Origin: Lama glama
Lineage: Eukaryota
NCBI GenBank assembly: GCA_028534125.1
Contig: CM052816.1
Span: forward strand, 868,001-932,000
Length of the DNA stretch: 64,000 bases
Direction of reading: 5' to 3'
Shown: one piece after another, positions 1-14,935 of the stretch
How positions within the stretch are numbered: position 1 is the stretch's first letter
How the letters are laid out: each line of letters opens with the position of its first letter
The notes under the pieces: model-generated
Databases searched by the model: none
What the model saw: the letters and a program-made list of their open reading frames with translations, nothing else
Told to the model about the DNA's origin: nothing
Made by a program: the position numbers and the translations under genes

Positions 1-305
1 TTTAAACTTGCTCCTCTCCTCTTCTGTGGCTGTACCCTGGACCTCATCTTCACACAGACTTGCTACACATCTGAAATACTCAGCTCCAATTGCACCATAA
101 CCTTAGCTCTTAGCATTCTAGTGCAGTTAAACACACTCTAGTTATACCTGCCCTTCATCTCCTTATGGAGGCCACTGTTCCACTGACTCCTAGTTTTTTT
201 CTTTCCCAATTTATCAGACACTTGCTAGCCTTACTTACTACCCTACTGAGCCTGGACCTCATGATTAGTCTTGGCATAAAAACTGATCCATGTTGTGGTC
301 TAGAC

Positions 306-551
306 CAGGGTTTCTCAACCTCAGTACTATTGACATTTTGAGTGAGGTAATTCTTTGCTTGAGGTGTGTTTTGGGGTGGAGGGGCAGGGGGATGTCCTAC
401 GCTTTCAGAGATGCTTAGCAGCATCCCTTGACTCTCTTCGCTAGACGTCTGTAGCATTCCTCCACCAGCTGTGACAATCACAAATGTCTCTAGACATTGC
501 CAGATGTCTTGGGGAGTGGGGTGCAAAAACATCCCTGGTTGAGAACCACTG
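306..551 (+). mobile_element. MER20-like hAT-Charlie DNA transposon (MITE)
   Basis: Terminal inverted repeats CAGGGTTTCTCAACC / GGTTGAGAACCACTG; MER20 internal motifs (AATGTCTCTAGACATTGCCAGATGTC); perfect 8-bp TSD GTCTAGAC at 298-305 and 552-559. Confidence 0.85.
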
Positions 552-3500
552 GTCTAGACTCAGTGAAAGTGGTCGTATCCAGAGATGTGCCATTACTAGC
601 TTCACTTGGGCCCTACAGACAGTGCCTGACATGGGTGTACAGTGCCTGACACGGGTGTTTAGAAAAGCTCAGTGGAAGAATAGCTTCACCTAGCTGGAAT
701 TTTATTGAACGTAGTCTTAGCAGCAGTGAATTAACTGATACGATCCCACTTCTCCCAGCCCTTGGCACACAGATGGCAGGATCAGCAAACCTTACATTGG
801 AGCTGCTTATATCACTGCCATCAAGGACTATGACAGACAAAGCAGTACATGAAATTAAGACCTAGAAACTGAGTAATAAAAGGCAATCGCTTTAGCTATT
901 TCTTTCAACAGGGCCATAAGGCAGTTGTTTGTTTCAGTTTTTTAAGTATTATTTGGATCCCTGGAGGTCACACCCCCTTTCTGCCTGCCATTTCCTGGCA
1001 TATAAAATCCCTTCTCTCCCCTATAGCGAAGGATGGAATTTCTCAGCAGGCTCTGGTTATTTAACCCAAGTGTGAACAGTGAGGATTACCTCCTCCTCAG
1101 CCCTGGATATCCTGGAGTGAGCTCGATAGCCTCAAAGTTCCATTTCAACATAATCTCCCAGCCCTGGTTCATATGAAATCCTCTTCCTGGTAAAAAGCTG
1201 AGAACAGGCACCTTGAGTCACCTTTTGTTTCTCCCTACCACCCAATGCTGCTTTACATCCTTCAACAAGAAGCCAGAAGCTTGCCTTCTGCTGGCATTTC
1301 TTAAAGTCCTGCCTGGGGTCCTGCCCAGATCATGCCCACTTCCACAGCCTCCGATTCTGCACATTTGCTAAAGCACCCAGGGTGTGGGGAACCCCACTGT
1401 CTCATCTCCCAGGGAAGACCCAACAGAATGCCTTAGTGGTTTTCTGGAGGACATACCTCAGATTTCTGCTTAAGATAGACAAGGAATCGTTTTCAAGAGA
1501 CATTAAGAAAAATGGCATGTGATTTCTTTGTAAGATCTGATGATTTAATGCCACATCCCCACCTCTCACTAGGAATAGACAGAACCTGTAATTACACTTT
1601 CATGTTTACTTGTCTCCAACCTTTTGAACTTAATTCTTTAGGCCTCGGTCATTAAATAGCTTCTATATACAGGGCCTGATTCCAGACCCTGGAGTGAAGG
1701 AGGCAGGGTAGAGATGTATTGGAAGAGGTGTTCAAGCCCTCACTCCTAAGGCCTTTGTAAGCCAGTCCTCTGTCCCTTCCTTTATAAGACTCCCATGATC
1801 CTCTTACAGACCCTACTGTCCAGCTTCTGACCTAGGCTTTCTTCTAGTCTTACTCCTCCAACCTAGTCTTCACTCTGACAACAAATGCCTTTCAGTAAAA
1901 TCGAGTCTGGGCAACAGAGGGATGAGATCATCCTAAAGAGACCACCCTAGGCTTCAGAACAAAATCCAGATTCCCAACTAGGGCTTCCTGCCCACCCTCT
2001 TAAAACCATCCCCCCTAAACTTGCGCATGCAAACCCTTTGCACACCTCCTCCTCAAGCTGATCCCTCTGTCTGGAACACCCTCCCTTTAACTACTTGCCC
2101 TTAACTGCTCAGCCTGTGGGGCTGGCCACCAAGATTAGAATCTTCCACATGCCAAACCCTCTACGAGGTGCTGGGAATGCAACATGTGAGCAGAAACAGC
2201 CCACTCTCTGTCCTTAGTGCACTCACAGGAAAGCTCTGAAGGATGCAAATGAGACCCAGACACACTGCACCACCAATATGACAGCATGAAGTAAAGGAGC
2301 CTTACTTACATCTGAGGGCCACAGAAGGCTTCCCAGACCAGCCACCTGAGCTGAGCCTGAGGGAAACTTAGATTTAACTAAGAAAAGGGGCTAGCAGGTG
2401 AGATATGATGGGCCTTCCAGGCAGAACAATGTGTGTTCTATGGGGGAGAGAACTGATGAGCTGGAGGAACAAAGGAGGGCCAATGTAGCCACAAAACAGA
2501 GTATGCGGCATGCCAGCGCCAACCACACTGAATCTGCAGAGGGACAATAAAGCAGGGGAAGCCACCTGCCCAGGGCTGACAGCAGGCCCTCTGGTCCTGG
2601 GCCCACAGCTTTCCCTCAGCCCCTCACCCACTACATACAGAAGCTCTCACCTCAGCATTCAAGGGAAGAACAGTCTTACCTCTTAAATGATGGCAGGAGG
2701 GGAAGGGGGCCTTTGCTCCTAGAGGTCTTGGGCCTCTGGCAGGAAGTCTAAAGGGCTCTTTCTAGTGTAGGTCCTGGGGGCTCCCAGAAAACAAATGGTG
2801 AGATACACTTCTTAGAAGAGCCTCTCCGATTTCTTCCTTGGGATTCTTACCTTGTGTGGAAAGGAGGTGGTGTGGGGACAGGGGGAAGATGGGGCAGCCC
2901 AGGGGCTCAGATGATGAGTGGATGAGACCTCATTAAATTCTGGGCCAGGAGCGGTGGGCCCAGCCAGGACCGGTTCTGCCTACAGGGCATGGATGGCAGG
3001 GAGAAGTGGGAAGACAGCTTCCAGGAGAGCTTGAGTCTTCCCCAAAGGCCAGATGGGCGCCTTCAGCAGGTTGGCAAAAAGATGCCCTAGGTGAGAAGGA
3101 AGGGGCCTGAGTTATGAAAGGCACACAGCTGATTCTCAAACTATCCTGCATTGGAGGGACATCGCCCTGCTGGAAGGGGCTGAGCTTCCTTTACTAACAG
3201 GGAATGAATCCACAGATTCCTCCAGGAGAGGAGTAAGGAATCCAGGTGGACCCCAAACCTGTACGCCTAGCAGGGAGCTGAAGGGGATGCCTGAGGAAAG
3301 CAGGCATGGATAGGGCTCAACTGCAGCAGGAGCAGGGCCAGAAAAGGCCGCTCCACTTCCCTCACCCTGTACCCATCCCCAGGGTTGAAGCAACACCTCC
3401 TTTAGCTCAAGATTTTCCTTCAGTGGCATTGTGGCCTATCTGAGTCCCCTCCAAGAGTGGAGAGGCCAGGTAGTGGTTGGAGGAAAACTTTGAAGTGGAA

Positions 3501-5733
3501 AGCCTGAATCCTGCAGGAATCTGGTCAACCAGAAAGTCCACTACATTCCATTTTTCCCTGTCCTCACAGGACTCGCTGGCTTACTCCTGATGGGCTCCAG
3601 GGCAAAACCTGAATTCCTCCTTGGCCCCATAGGAGGGGGCACCGCCAGAATGGTCTCAAGAGTAGATACCAGTGTGAGGAGAGGCCCATGGGACATGAAA
3701 GTCACTTTCCCAAATCTGGGTCCATAGGCAGGGCAGGGAGGTCTCTGGCAGAGGTGGGCTGAGGGACCCAGGAGGGTGGAGCACAGAAAGGTCCCATCTT
3801 TGAGCTGGGGTGAGGGACCTAGCAGGTTTGTGTAAAACCTGGTCTCCTGGCACCCTACCTCAGGGATGCTGATTCCACAGGGGTTCCTTGGACAAAGTTC
3901 AAGAAACAGAGCCGAATGACATTTCTTGAGGGGGAAAAATGTAATAATGTGATTGAGTGATGATATCTTTGGGGAGTGGAGGTAGAAAGTGGAGGAGTGA
4001 GTGTTCTTGAGGGCAGGGAGGAGATTTTGCGCAGCACATCTCACATTCCACACTGAGATGCTCGTAAAATTACTCATCTCCCCAATGGGCCCGGCACCCA
4101 GGGAGGCACAGGTATGGTCAGAGTAGTGGTTAGCAAGCTGGATGCTGGGGTAGGTAAAGGCAAGGGTCTCTCAAGACCACAGGTGAAACAAAACATGTGG
4201 GTAGGAGTAAGGTTCAGTGTTGGGAAAGTGACAGGACAGCCAGCTGGGAGTGCCAAGAAGGCGGGTTATATCCAAGCCCTTGGAGGATGGTCATCAGGCT
4301 GTGGAGGAGCATAGCCAACACAGCACCCTGAGGAGCCCAAACATGGCTGCGGAGGCAGGCATGGGTCTGCAAGGTGACCAGGAGAGCAGGTGCTCTCGAG
4401 GGAGGGATTCTGGCCGCCTTCGCACACCTGAGCCGCTATAACCCACGGCAGCTTTACTATTACCCCGTGCCTTCCTTCCCAAAAACAGGCATTCTAGCCC
4501 GCCTTGCTGCCTGTAAGGCCCTCTGTCAACTGCCCCCCAGCCCCATCTCACTGTTTGATCCTCAGCGCCTCCAAGGCTCCAGCTCAGGGCTTTTGTACTG
4601 ACTCTTCCCTCCAACTGAAACATTTTTCCCCAAGTACGTTCCCTCCAACTGAACATTAACCACCTCCCAGTCTCCCCCTATATATCCACAGGGCTCTCTC
4701 CCACATCTCGTTCCTGTCTTTGTCAAAATCTCCCCTTCTATCTCTGTTCTCCCCACCCCATCGAATGTAAACTAAAAAAACAAAAAGTCTCTTCTCTCCT
4801 ATTCACAGCTATGTATCTCCACCAAGACATAAAATAGGGTCTGGTATCCACGACTTGCTCACTAAATTGCGTGCATTTACTCTGCCAGGCATTTTTCTGA
4901 GCGTTTTACCTGTCTTAACTCATTTACTTTGCACAACACCACGTGAGGTAGGTACCGTTGTTCCCAATCTCATTTGACAGATCAGAAACTTAATACCTGT
5001 TACAAGCAGAACAGAAATGCTGGGGCACAAGGGGATCCCCAGACCCACGGGCCTTTCAATGAGGTGGTGAGGCCGGGAGCCGGCTTTCGACTGGGCCCCC
5101 AGAAGTCATAGCCCGGAGGTCCTTCCTTTCCGAGCCTCTCCGTTTCTGCGAGAGCTCTCCGCGCTCCTGCCTAGGCGCGAGCGGGGTGGCTGTTCAGCAC
5201 TCCACAGACCTATTTTTCCTTCACCCCCGGTTTTCCGCTCCGAAACCCATTCCTGCCTTAGTCCTGGGTGGACTAAGTCCGGACATGGAGCGCCTCGGCC
5301 AAAACCATCAGAGCGTAAACCTCCCGAGGGAAGACTCGCCCCCGCGCATGGATATCTGTTAGCGTTTAATAGTTCACCTGAGCATAGTTTATTTTTAAAA
5401 TTTAATATCTTAGTTTTCACATTCCCCACCGTTACTCACAGTTGCCTTGAAATTAAGCTCCCTCTGCGTTGTCCTCTGAGATACCAAGAGGAAACGGCAG
5501 AGTTCGCGCTGTGCCACGTAGGGGTAGGGAAGACGCCAGGCGATCCTCGTGGGACTGTGGCGTGCACTTCCCCTCTTCCACTTCTTAAACATCAAGCCCA
5601 AGTCAACGTTTGAGAAGCCCTTTTTAAACACTCTTGTTGGTTTCGGAATGTATTCGTACAGCGTTGCCAAATTATGTTGTGCGGCGAAGGGAACGATGCG
5701 GTCATATTTCACTTTGCCCTGTACTCTACATGA

Positions 5734-6045
<312 letters not shown>

Positions 6046-6252
6046 TGAGGTGCAGGGTAGTGGGGGTTGCGCGCGCAGCATGGCCGGGCCATGGGCCGCG
6101 ATTTGGCGGCCGGGAAAATTCGGTTAGGGTGTGAATTGACCCATGCTTCACCCAGTGGCTGCCGGGAGGGTTGCAAGGTTGGGGGCCTTTTAATCTCTGG
6201 CCCAGCTCCCGCATTAGCGGCTGTGTGCCCAGGAGCCTACGAGTCGGGCGGA

Positions 6253-6315
6253 GCGGTGATGATCCCAACATGCCATCTGAGTGTCCATGCTGAAATCCAG
6301 AGGCTGTTTCTGAGC
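6253..6315 (+). ncRNA. SNORD95: C/D box snoRNA SNORD95 (RACK1 intron 1)
   Basis: C box GTGATGA, D' CTGA, D box CTGA, flanking stem GGCGG/CCGCC; guides CCAACATGCCA and CCAGAGGCTGTT complementary to 28S rRNA AACAGCCTCTGGCATGTTGG. Confidence 0.93.
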
Positions 6316-7000
6316 TGCCGCCCGACCCTCTGCTGGGTTGGAACTAGGGGGCTCTGAGGGAGCCTTGTGACTCCAGTATCACGGCCAACATGGGCCTGCT
6401 CGTTCTGCCCTCGGTTTTCTCGTTTTCTTTGCACCTGACTGCGTTAGGAGGCTTCTTGTGCCTTGCATTTTCGCCCACGGTATTAAAAATCATCAGAATT
6501 TAGGATCTTGTCTGGCATTTAATTGGAAAGCTTGTTGAGTGAAACATTGCAGTGAAAGCAATGTTTCACTGTAGCACCTAAAGTGGCTTTTCTAATTCCA
6601 GCACTTGCAGCCCTCAGCAGTAGTCTCTGGAGGCCCACAGCTAGTCCTCCCCGACCCAGGCTGCTGTGTTCGTGCATTAGACCTCAGAAAAGATTTGAAA
6701 TGGATGCTTGAATTGGTCTGAATCTCTGAAAGGGCTGTCCATAATCTGGTAAAATTCTGTGCACCTGAGTTAAATTCTCATGGTACCACTTAGCTCTACT
6801 TCACTTTTGAATAGTGAGGCTCTTGGCCTTGGGCTATTAACTGCTTTCATAGCCTACAGTCTCCCTACCCCTCTAAATGGCCTTAATTTGTCTTGTGAGC
6901 CCACCAATCACCTTGAGGCATCCTGGATTATCCAGTAGATCAGCAAATGGGCCACGGGGTTTCTCACTGGACTTTTCTTTTTCTGTTTTACCTCCCTTAG

Positions 7001-7172
7001 ACAAGACCATCATTATGTGGAAACTGACCAGAGATGAGACCAACTATGGCATCCCACAGCGTGCTCTTCGGGGTCACTCCCATTTTGTGAGTGACGTGGT
7101 CATCTCCTCAGATGGCCAGTTTGCCCTCTCAGGCTCCTGGGACGGAACCCTTCGCCTCTGGGATCTCACAAC
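7001..7172 (+). CDS. RACK1: RACK1 coding exon 2
   Basis: [60 protein letters not shown] acceptor at 6999-7000; donor is GC (GCAAGT at 7173). Confidence 0.96.
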
Positions 7173-7459
7173 GCAAGTAGCTACTCTGGGGCATTAGGGG
7201 AGAGCTGGGTAGAAATGAGGTAGATAATATTGGGAGGTGGTTTCCCAGGGGCAGTCAAGTCCATTGTGGGAACTGTAAGGCAGGCAATAACCTGGAGGAG
7301 ATAATTGCCTCCCCCTTGTTGCTTTGAATTTGTTATGCAGAATTGCTGAGGAGTGGTGTGGTTGAGCAGTTTTACCAGATACTGCACTTGGGAGTAGGCA
7401 ACAGTTTGAACACGTATATGGAGAGCTCAGTCCTTAGATGGTCAGGCATAGCAGAGGAT

Positions 7460-7531
7460 CCTGGTGATGACAGAAGACATTGTCAGCCAATCCCCACGTG
7501 GGAGTGAGGACATGTCCTGCAATTCTGAAGG
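7460..7531 (+). ncRNA. SNORD96A: C/D box snoRNA SNORD96A (RACK1 intron 2)
   Basis: C box GTGATGA, D box CTGA, guide TGTCCTGCAATT complementary to 5.8S rRNA AATTGCAGGACA; extended flanking stem CAGAGGATCC / GGATTCTCTG. Confidence 0.93.
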
Positions 7532-7596
7532 GATTCTCTGGCATATTTTCAGCCAAGGGCCTACTGTTACAGCCATGTCCAGGGTTGTGTGAGTAA

Positions 7597-7848
<252 letters not shown>

Positions 7849-8078
7849 TGAAGGCACGTGCAGGGAACACATGTTGAACATTTTCTCACACCCAGCAGTG
7901 CCCTTATGGTGATTTCAAGCCTCGTCTGGAATCTAAGGGGATTCTATCAGTTTAAAAGATTTGGGTTCTGGGGGTGTGAATACAGGCTTTGAACATACGT
8001 CCCATGTAACTGGAGAGGGGTGGGGTCCAGCATTTCATAGGCCAAGATGATTTCTTATTTCCTTTCCATCCTCTGCAG

Positions 8079-8174
8079 GATGAGAGCCACTCAGAGTGGG
8101 TGTCTTGCGTCCGCTTCTCACCCAACAGCAGCAATCCTATTATTGTTTCCTGTGGCTGGGACAAGCTGGTCAAG
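8079..8174 (+). CDS. RACK1: RACK1 coding exon 4
   Basis: [36 protein letters not shown] boundaries. Confidence 0.97.
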
Positions 8175-8559
8175 GTGAGCCTGGAGCCAGGGTGTGTGGC
8201 CCTTACCAACCAGAATGTGTGCCCAGTGCCTCCCAGTTGGTCATAGGTCCAGCTTTGAAAGCTCTGCCTCTCATTTGATCTTTCCCCTTGCTGTTTTCTC
8301 AGTACAGGCCGTTAATTTTTGATACTTAGTCTAAAGTAGCCCAGAGTCCCTTGTAAGGTGACAACATGGAAAGCATTTATCTCTGGTTTTAATTCTCATT
8401 GCCCTTAAGTGTCCAAGACACTCTTTGACCTGTTTTTGTTACTGGTGGAATAGGAATTGGCTGCCCTCTACATGGTGCCATGCCTTTTTTATTTGGCCTG
8501 AGCCCTCTTGACCCTGGTGGGTGGACCCATAGCTCTTCACCCATGACCTGCAATCTTAG

Positions 8560-8715
<156 letters not shown>

Positions 8716-8806
8716 TAGAGTACTAAAGGTAACAGAATAGCAACCCAAGAATAAATGTTTCTGGAGATGGCATAGATGAGGCATGCTCTTTAAAAGAGAA
8801 AGGTTT

Positions 8807-8978
8807 GGGAGGAGGGTGTAGCTCAGTGGTAGAGCGTGTGCTTAGCATGCACAAGGTCCTGGGTTCAATCCCCAGTACCGCCATTAAAAAAAAATAAACC
8901 TAATCCCCCCTCAATAAAAAACCATTAAGAAACAATAGTAATTAAAAACAAATGTAATAAATAAAAATTTTTAAAAAG
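8807..8978 (+). mobile_element. tRNA-Ala-derived SINE (Vic-1-like, camelid type) in RACK1 intron 5
   Basis: Head with A box TAGCTCAGTGG and B box GGTTCAATCC, followed by A-rich spacer, AAACCTAAT-CCCCC motif and AT-rich tail. Confidence 0.8.
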
Positions 8979-9274
8979 TGGGTTGTCTTCTGTGAAGCTG
9001 ATTACTGGAAGCTGTTGTTGAGGTTAGGGTCCTGTGTTTTCGGAGCTTAACGTAGTGATGCATTTTCAAGTTGTTAGAGATGCTTGATAGGGTTGGTGTG
9101 GTGTCATGTATTAAAGGGAAGGCACACAGAGATAAATATTGATGCTTGAGAAATTGGCTTTGGGGAAGTCAGGATACTGTGGTGGGGAGTTAAGGGTTAA
9201 GAAAGCATCCTGAAATGGAATTAACGCGTGGAAGAAGTCATATCGCCCTGACTCCTCATTTCCTGTCTGCCCAG

Positions 9275-9415
9275 GATGGCCAGGCCATGTTGTGGGACCT
9301 CAATGAAGGCAAGCACCTTTACACGCTAGACGGTGGGGACATCATCAACGCGCTGTGCTTCAGTCCCAACCGCTACTGGCTCTGTGCTGCCACGGGCCCT
9401 AGCATCAAGATCTGG
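9275..9415 (+). CDS. RACK1: RACK1 coding exon 6
   Basis: [51 protein letters not shown] boundaries. Confidence 0.97.
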
Positions 9416-9629
9416 GTGAGTGCGGGCTGCGGCCGGGGCCAGGTGCCTGGCTGTCCTCTGCAAGCCTGGGCACTGTGGTGATTTCCTGATACGTCATTTG
9501 ACTCACAGCTGGGATCTGAACTTCTGAACAACTCTTGAACCATGAGGCTGTCTGCAGATACCCAAGAAGAATGAGTTAAAACTTCTTGGGATTGGGATTT
9601 GCACTTGTGGGAGAGCTCTGTCTACTGAC

Positions 9630-9825
9630 CAGTTGTAGCACAACTGACATTTGGTCTGGGTAATGTTGGATGTGGCCAACTTGTGGAATTTAGGATGTTT
9701 AACAGCATCCCTGGCCTCTACTCCCTGCAAGGTACCTGTACCAAACTCTTAGTGACCAAAAATGGCTCTAGGCATTGCCATGTGTCCCCAGGGGGCGAAA
9801 AATCATCCTTTCTTGAGAATCACTG
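9630..9825 (+). mobile_element. degenerate MER20-like element in RACK1 intron 6
   Basis: Similar to the 306-551 copy: AGCATCCCTGGCCTCTAC, GGCATTGCCATGTGTCCCC, end TTGAGAATCACTG. Confidence 0.7.
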
Positions 9826-9896
9826 TTAGAGATTAAAGGGGCTTTTTTGAGTTCTTTTTTTGTTTGTTTTTAATGTCAGTGGCATTAAAGAGCTGA

Positions 9897-10061
<165 letters not shown>

Positions 10062-10398
10062 TGATTTAGCTTCTATGCTTTCTGCTCTCGTCAGCCAGTT
10101 AGAAAACCAGTGTCCTGGACATAAAAGTGATTGCCAGGACATGGTTTGCTGTGTCAGTGAACACAGATCACGTTTATGCATCAGTAGGAAGATTGTGATC
10201 TGAGGGTCAGTGGTTAACCTGTCTTAATCGAAGACTTTGATTAACTTGACCTGTTTCCAAATGCATGAATCCTTACTACCAGCTGTTGTTTTCTCTAGCA
10301 ATACATAACCGCCACCCATGACTGGTAGTGGTAAGAGTGGAGCTCTTAAAAGGGCCGTCTTTGTTGCTCTAGTGGGACTGCAAAATTCATGGCTCTGA

Positions 10399-10491
<93 letters not shown>

Positions 10492-10511
10492 AAACATGGC
10501 AGAGCTTTAAA

Positions 10512-10517
10512 AATAAA
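10512..10517 (+). terminator. RACK1: RACK1 polyadenylation signal
   Basis: AATAAA about 20 nt after the stop, with T/GT-rich sequence downstream. Confidence 0.85.
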
Positions 10518-11255
10518 CTGGTTTCCTGACTTTTATAAAGTGTCTTTTCTCTGATAAGCAAAAAAAGCCTATTCAGAAAACTTCCTGGAACTCATCAGGT
10601 TAGTGCAGTGTACTTCAAACTGGGGCTCTGGCTAAAATGGAGTTCGTGATTTTATTGGCTTTAATTCTTTAAGGTAGGGCAACTCTCACCAGAATAGCTG
10701 TTGCTTAATAACTCCTTTTCACTCCTGTAATTGAAGATTTTAAATTCTTGCACTAGTGTAGTCTGGAGGTGTTCATAAATACAATCAATCAGATGGCTTT
10801 TCTTTAAGTAGCAGATAAATGACACGTGCAGCATAGAGGGCCGCCTATACATACCCTCTAACTCATAACGAGTGGCATGAGACCTCTGACTTCAGCTTCT
10901 GTGGCTTCAACTACATTCAATGACACAAAGACTGGAAATACAGGGTGCCTAAAACTCCTGGGCTTGAGGGCCATGGCTGTGGAGGTAGAAAAGTGACAAT
11001 TGATCTTCAAGTAGATACTCAGAAGGACCTGCCCATAAGAAACTGGGTAGAGTATTCAAATTGGGGGGGTAGCAATTTATACCCCAATCTGCGGAAACAG
11101 AATCGTGCCTGGTAGGGAAGGCAATCAGCCCCCCCATTCTGTGGCATCTCACTTAAACAGGAGGGACTGACTTGCTATGGAAAAAGTTACATGGCTTCTA
11201 AATTAATCTTTACTCATCTAAAGGAATGGACTCCACAAAAGCAGCAAATAGACTT

Positions 11256-11261
11256 TTTATT
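11256..11261 (-). terminator. TRIM41: probable TRIM41 polyadenylation signal
   Basis: AATAAA on the minus strand ~1 kb after the TRIM41 stop, followed by T/GT-rich sequence. Confidence 0.65.
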
Positions 11262-12252
11262 TCCACAACACAACCCTTCCCTTTCCCCCAGGAGCATAAA
11301 TTGACCTCAGCCATCAAAGCAGAGGACAAAAGCTGATAAGTGACAAGGCAAAGGGTTACTAGAAAAATAGATTCTGCCCAAGGCTCTCCTCCCAGGGTTT
11401 CAAATCCCTGTCCCCAGGCTCCCCTCCAAGGCTCACCAAATGGAGGGAACTAAAGAGATGAAGAGAGGCTGGAAACTTCACGAAAGGAACTCCATTCAAC
11501 TAAAGGGAAAGGAGCCTGGCAGTGAAAAGACCTGAGGGGTAGGGGTGGGGTGAGCTTCAGCTCCTAGATTAAGTGCTGAAAAAAGAGGGAGAAAATAATT
11601 TATCAGGTGATGTGTAGTTTCAATTGTGTTGACCATCTGAGATCTCTCACTGAAGGTAAATTCTGGCCAGTCTATGGAGGTAGAAATTGGGAATGGAAGG
11701 AAAATGTAGAACCCTTCCTACTTCCCCTGGAGAGTAGACTGTTTACTACCCAGCTCTACCCTTTTCCCAGCCTGCCTCCCTATAAAAGCTTCCAAATCCC
11801 TTAGCTAAGATGTGCATCAGAAAATGGAACTGGAAAGAGGACTGTTCTGAGTCTTGCCCAGATCGTCCATCCTCAGAATTGACATAATAGTTGAACAGGG
11901 GTGGGTGGGGAAAGGGAAATTCAGTAAATGAGATTACAATCTCCCCTCATCCCCTACTCAAAAACTCAGACCCCTGGGCGGACAGAGGGAGGGACGACCA
12001 GGCAGCTGTTCTCATCAGGGAGCCATGCAGACCTGCTGGACAGAGTAGGTGAGAGAAGGCTGAGCTGGAGGCCAGGAGAGTTCTCTATGCTCCTGGAGGG
12101 AGAAGCAGGGGCCTGGGGTCAAGGAGGAGCAGGAAGCAATGCGGTGACAAATAGTGGGAGGGGCCTTTGAGCCCCCAAACTTACGGGCCACCCTCCACCA
12201 CCACCCGCCCCTCTAGTGTTGACCAGAGGGGCCCCTGCGGGTGGCAGGCTGA

Positions 12253-13056
<804 letters not shown>

Positions 13057-13223
13057 CTAGGACACCAGACAGGTCTTCCCTCTGGCCCTGGCCCTTCTTG
13101 CCACCCCCCAACCCCTACACCTACCTGGGCTAGGACAAGAGCTACTCTTGAAGCCCCAGGTGGCCTGCCTGTATCGTGCTCCACTTCGGCACCCACTCTC
13201 CCCCCAGGGCCCAGCTTCCCTCA

Positions 13224-13613
<390 letters not shown>

Positions 13614-13636
13614 CTATTGAAAGTCTCCTTGATGTC
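13614..13636 (-). CDS. TRIM41: TRIM41 coding exon 4 (23-nt micro-exon)
   Basis: [11 protein letters not shown] acceptor and GT donor; typical 23-nt TRIM exon. Confidence 0.9.
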
Positions 13637-14068
13637 CTGGGAATAACAGAAACAAAAAGAGGGAGAGGGAGAAAGAGACAAAGAGAGAGTCAGCTGCACA
13701 GGGACGGCTCCCTTCTCCCCATCTGATTCCAGCCAGAGAAAGGACTGTAACTTGAACAGGGAGTGAGAAAAAGCACACTCAAGGCCCTCCATAAACATGC
13801 ATCCGTCTCAATCACCCCTATGCCTCAGCATGCCTAATTCAACTCATCCTGCTGTGAGTCCAATGAATTTTCAACCCCAGTAGAAGAATTTTCACAGTAT
13901 GACTTGGTCGCCTTTTTCAGGATGTCACTGTTGAAAATTCTTCCTTCAACTCACTTAAAACCCTCCTTCTGCAACCGCATCTCCTTTCTCTTCAATGGGC
14001 ATCATCATCACACACACCACACTCTGCATTAACTCTGTCTCCAGCCTCAGAAAACCTTTTGGTCTTCA

Positions 14069-14488
<420 letters not shown>

Positions 14489-14649
14489 TTACAACTGCGG
14501 CCCCTCAGTCCAAGGCGAAGGAGCCCTACATTCTGTACGGAAAAGGTCCCAACCCCTTCCCCATCTCCTGGCTGTAGCAGGCACCACTCCCACGCTCCCA
14601 GCACACTGGTCCCAAACTCATCCACCTCTGCCTACAACATTTATCTCCA

Positions 14650-14935
14650 CCTTGGCTACCTAACTTGACTCAATCTTCAGGTCTAAGCTTAAATGTTCCC
14701 TTGGGAAAAGCCTTCTCTCTCCTCCAGATCGAAATTAGGACCACCCCCCATAAATATCACTGTATCTCCTCATGGCACTTTTCTTAACTTGAAATGTTAT
14801 GTTTACATTGGAGTATCTTTTAACACCTGTGTCCCCCACTGCTCTGTAAGCTCTGCTACCGCAGGGTCTTCAGACCCTGGCACAGTGCCGACCACAGAAT
14901 AGGTACTTGGTAAGAATTTTTTGAAATGGATAAAA
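14650..14935. mobile_element. old L2-like fragment
   Basis: L2 3'-end-like motifs (CTTAAATGTTCCCT, CCTGGCACAGTGCC...ACAGAATAGGTACT); boundaries approximate. Confidence 0.45.

Noticed and set aside
560..1000. Possible TRIM52 3' end (AATAAA at ~874)
   Set aside because: No recognisable TRIM52 coding sequence in the window; the signal alone is insufficient
8811..8883. Apparent tRNA-Ala(AGC) gene in RACK1 intron 5
   Set aside because: Mismatched stems, SINE tail and a second diverged copy at ~36900 identify it as a SINE head
11606..11656. C/D snoRNA-like GTGATGT...CTGA...CTGA
   Set aside because: Imperfect C box, not in a sense-strand intron, no recognisable rRNA guide
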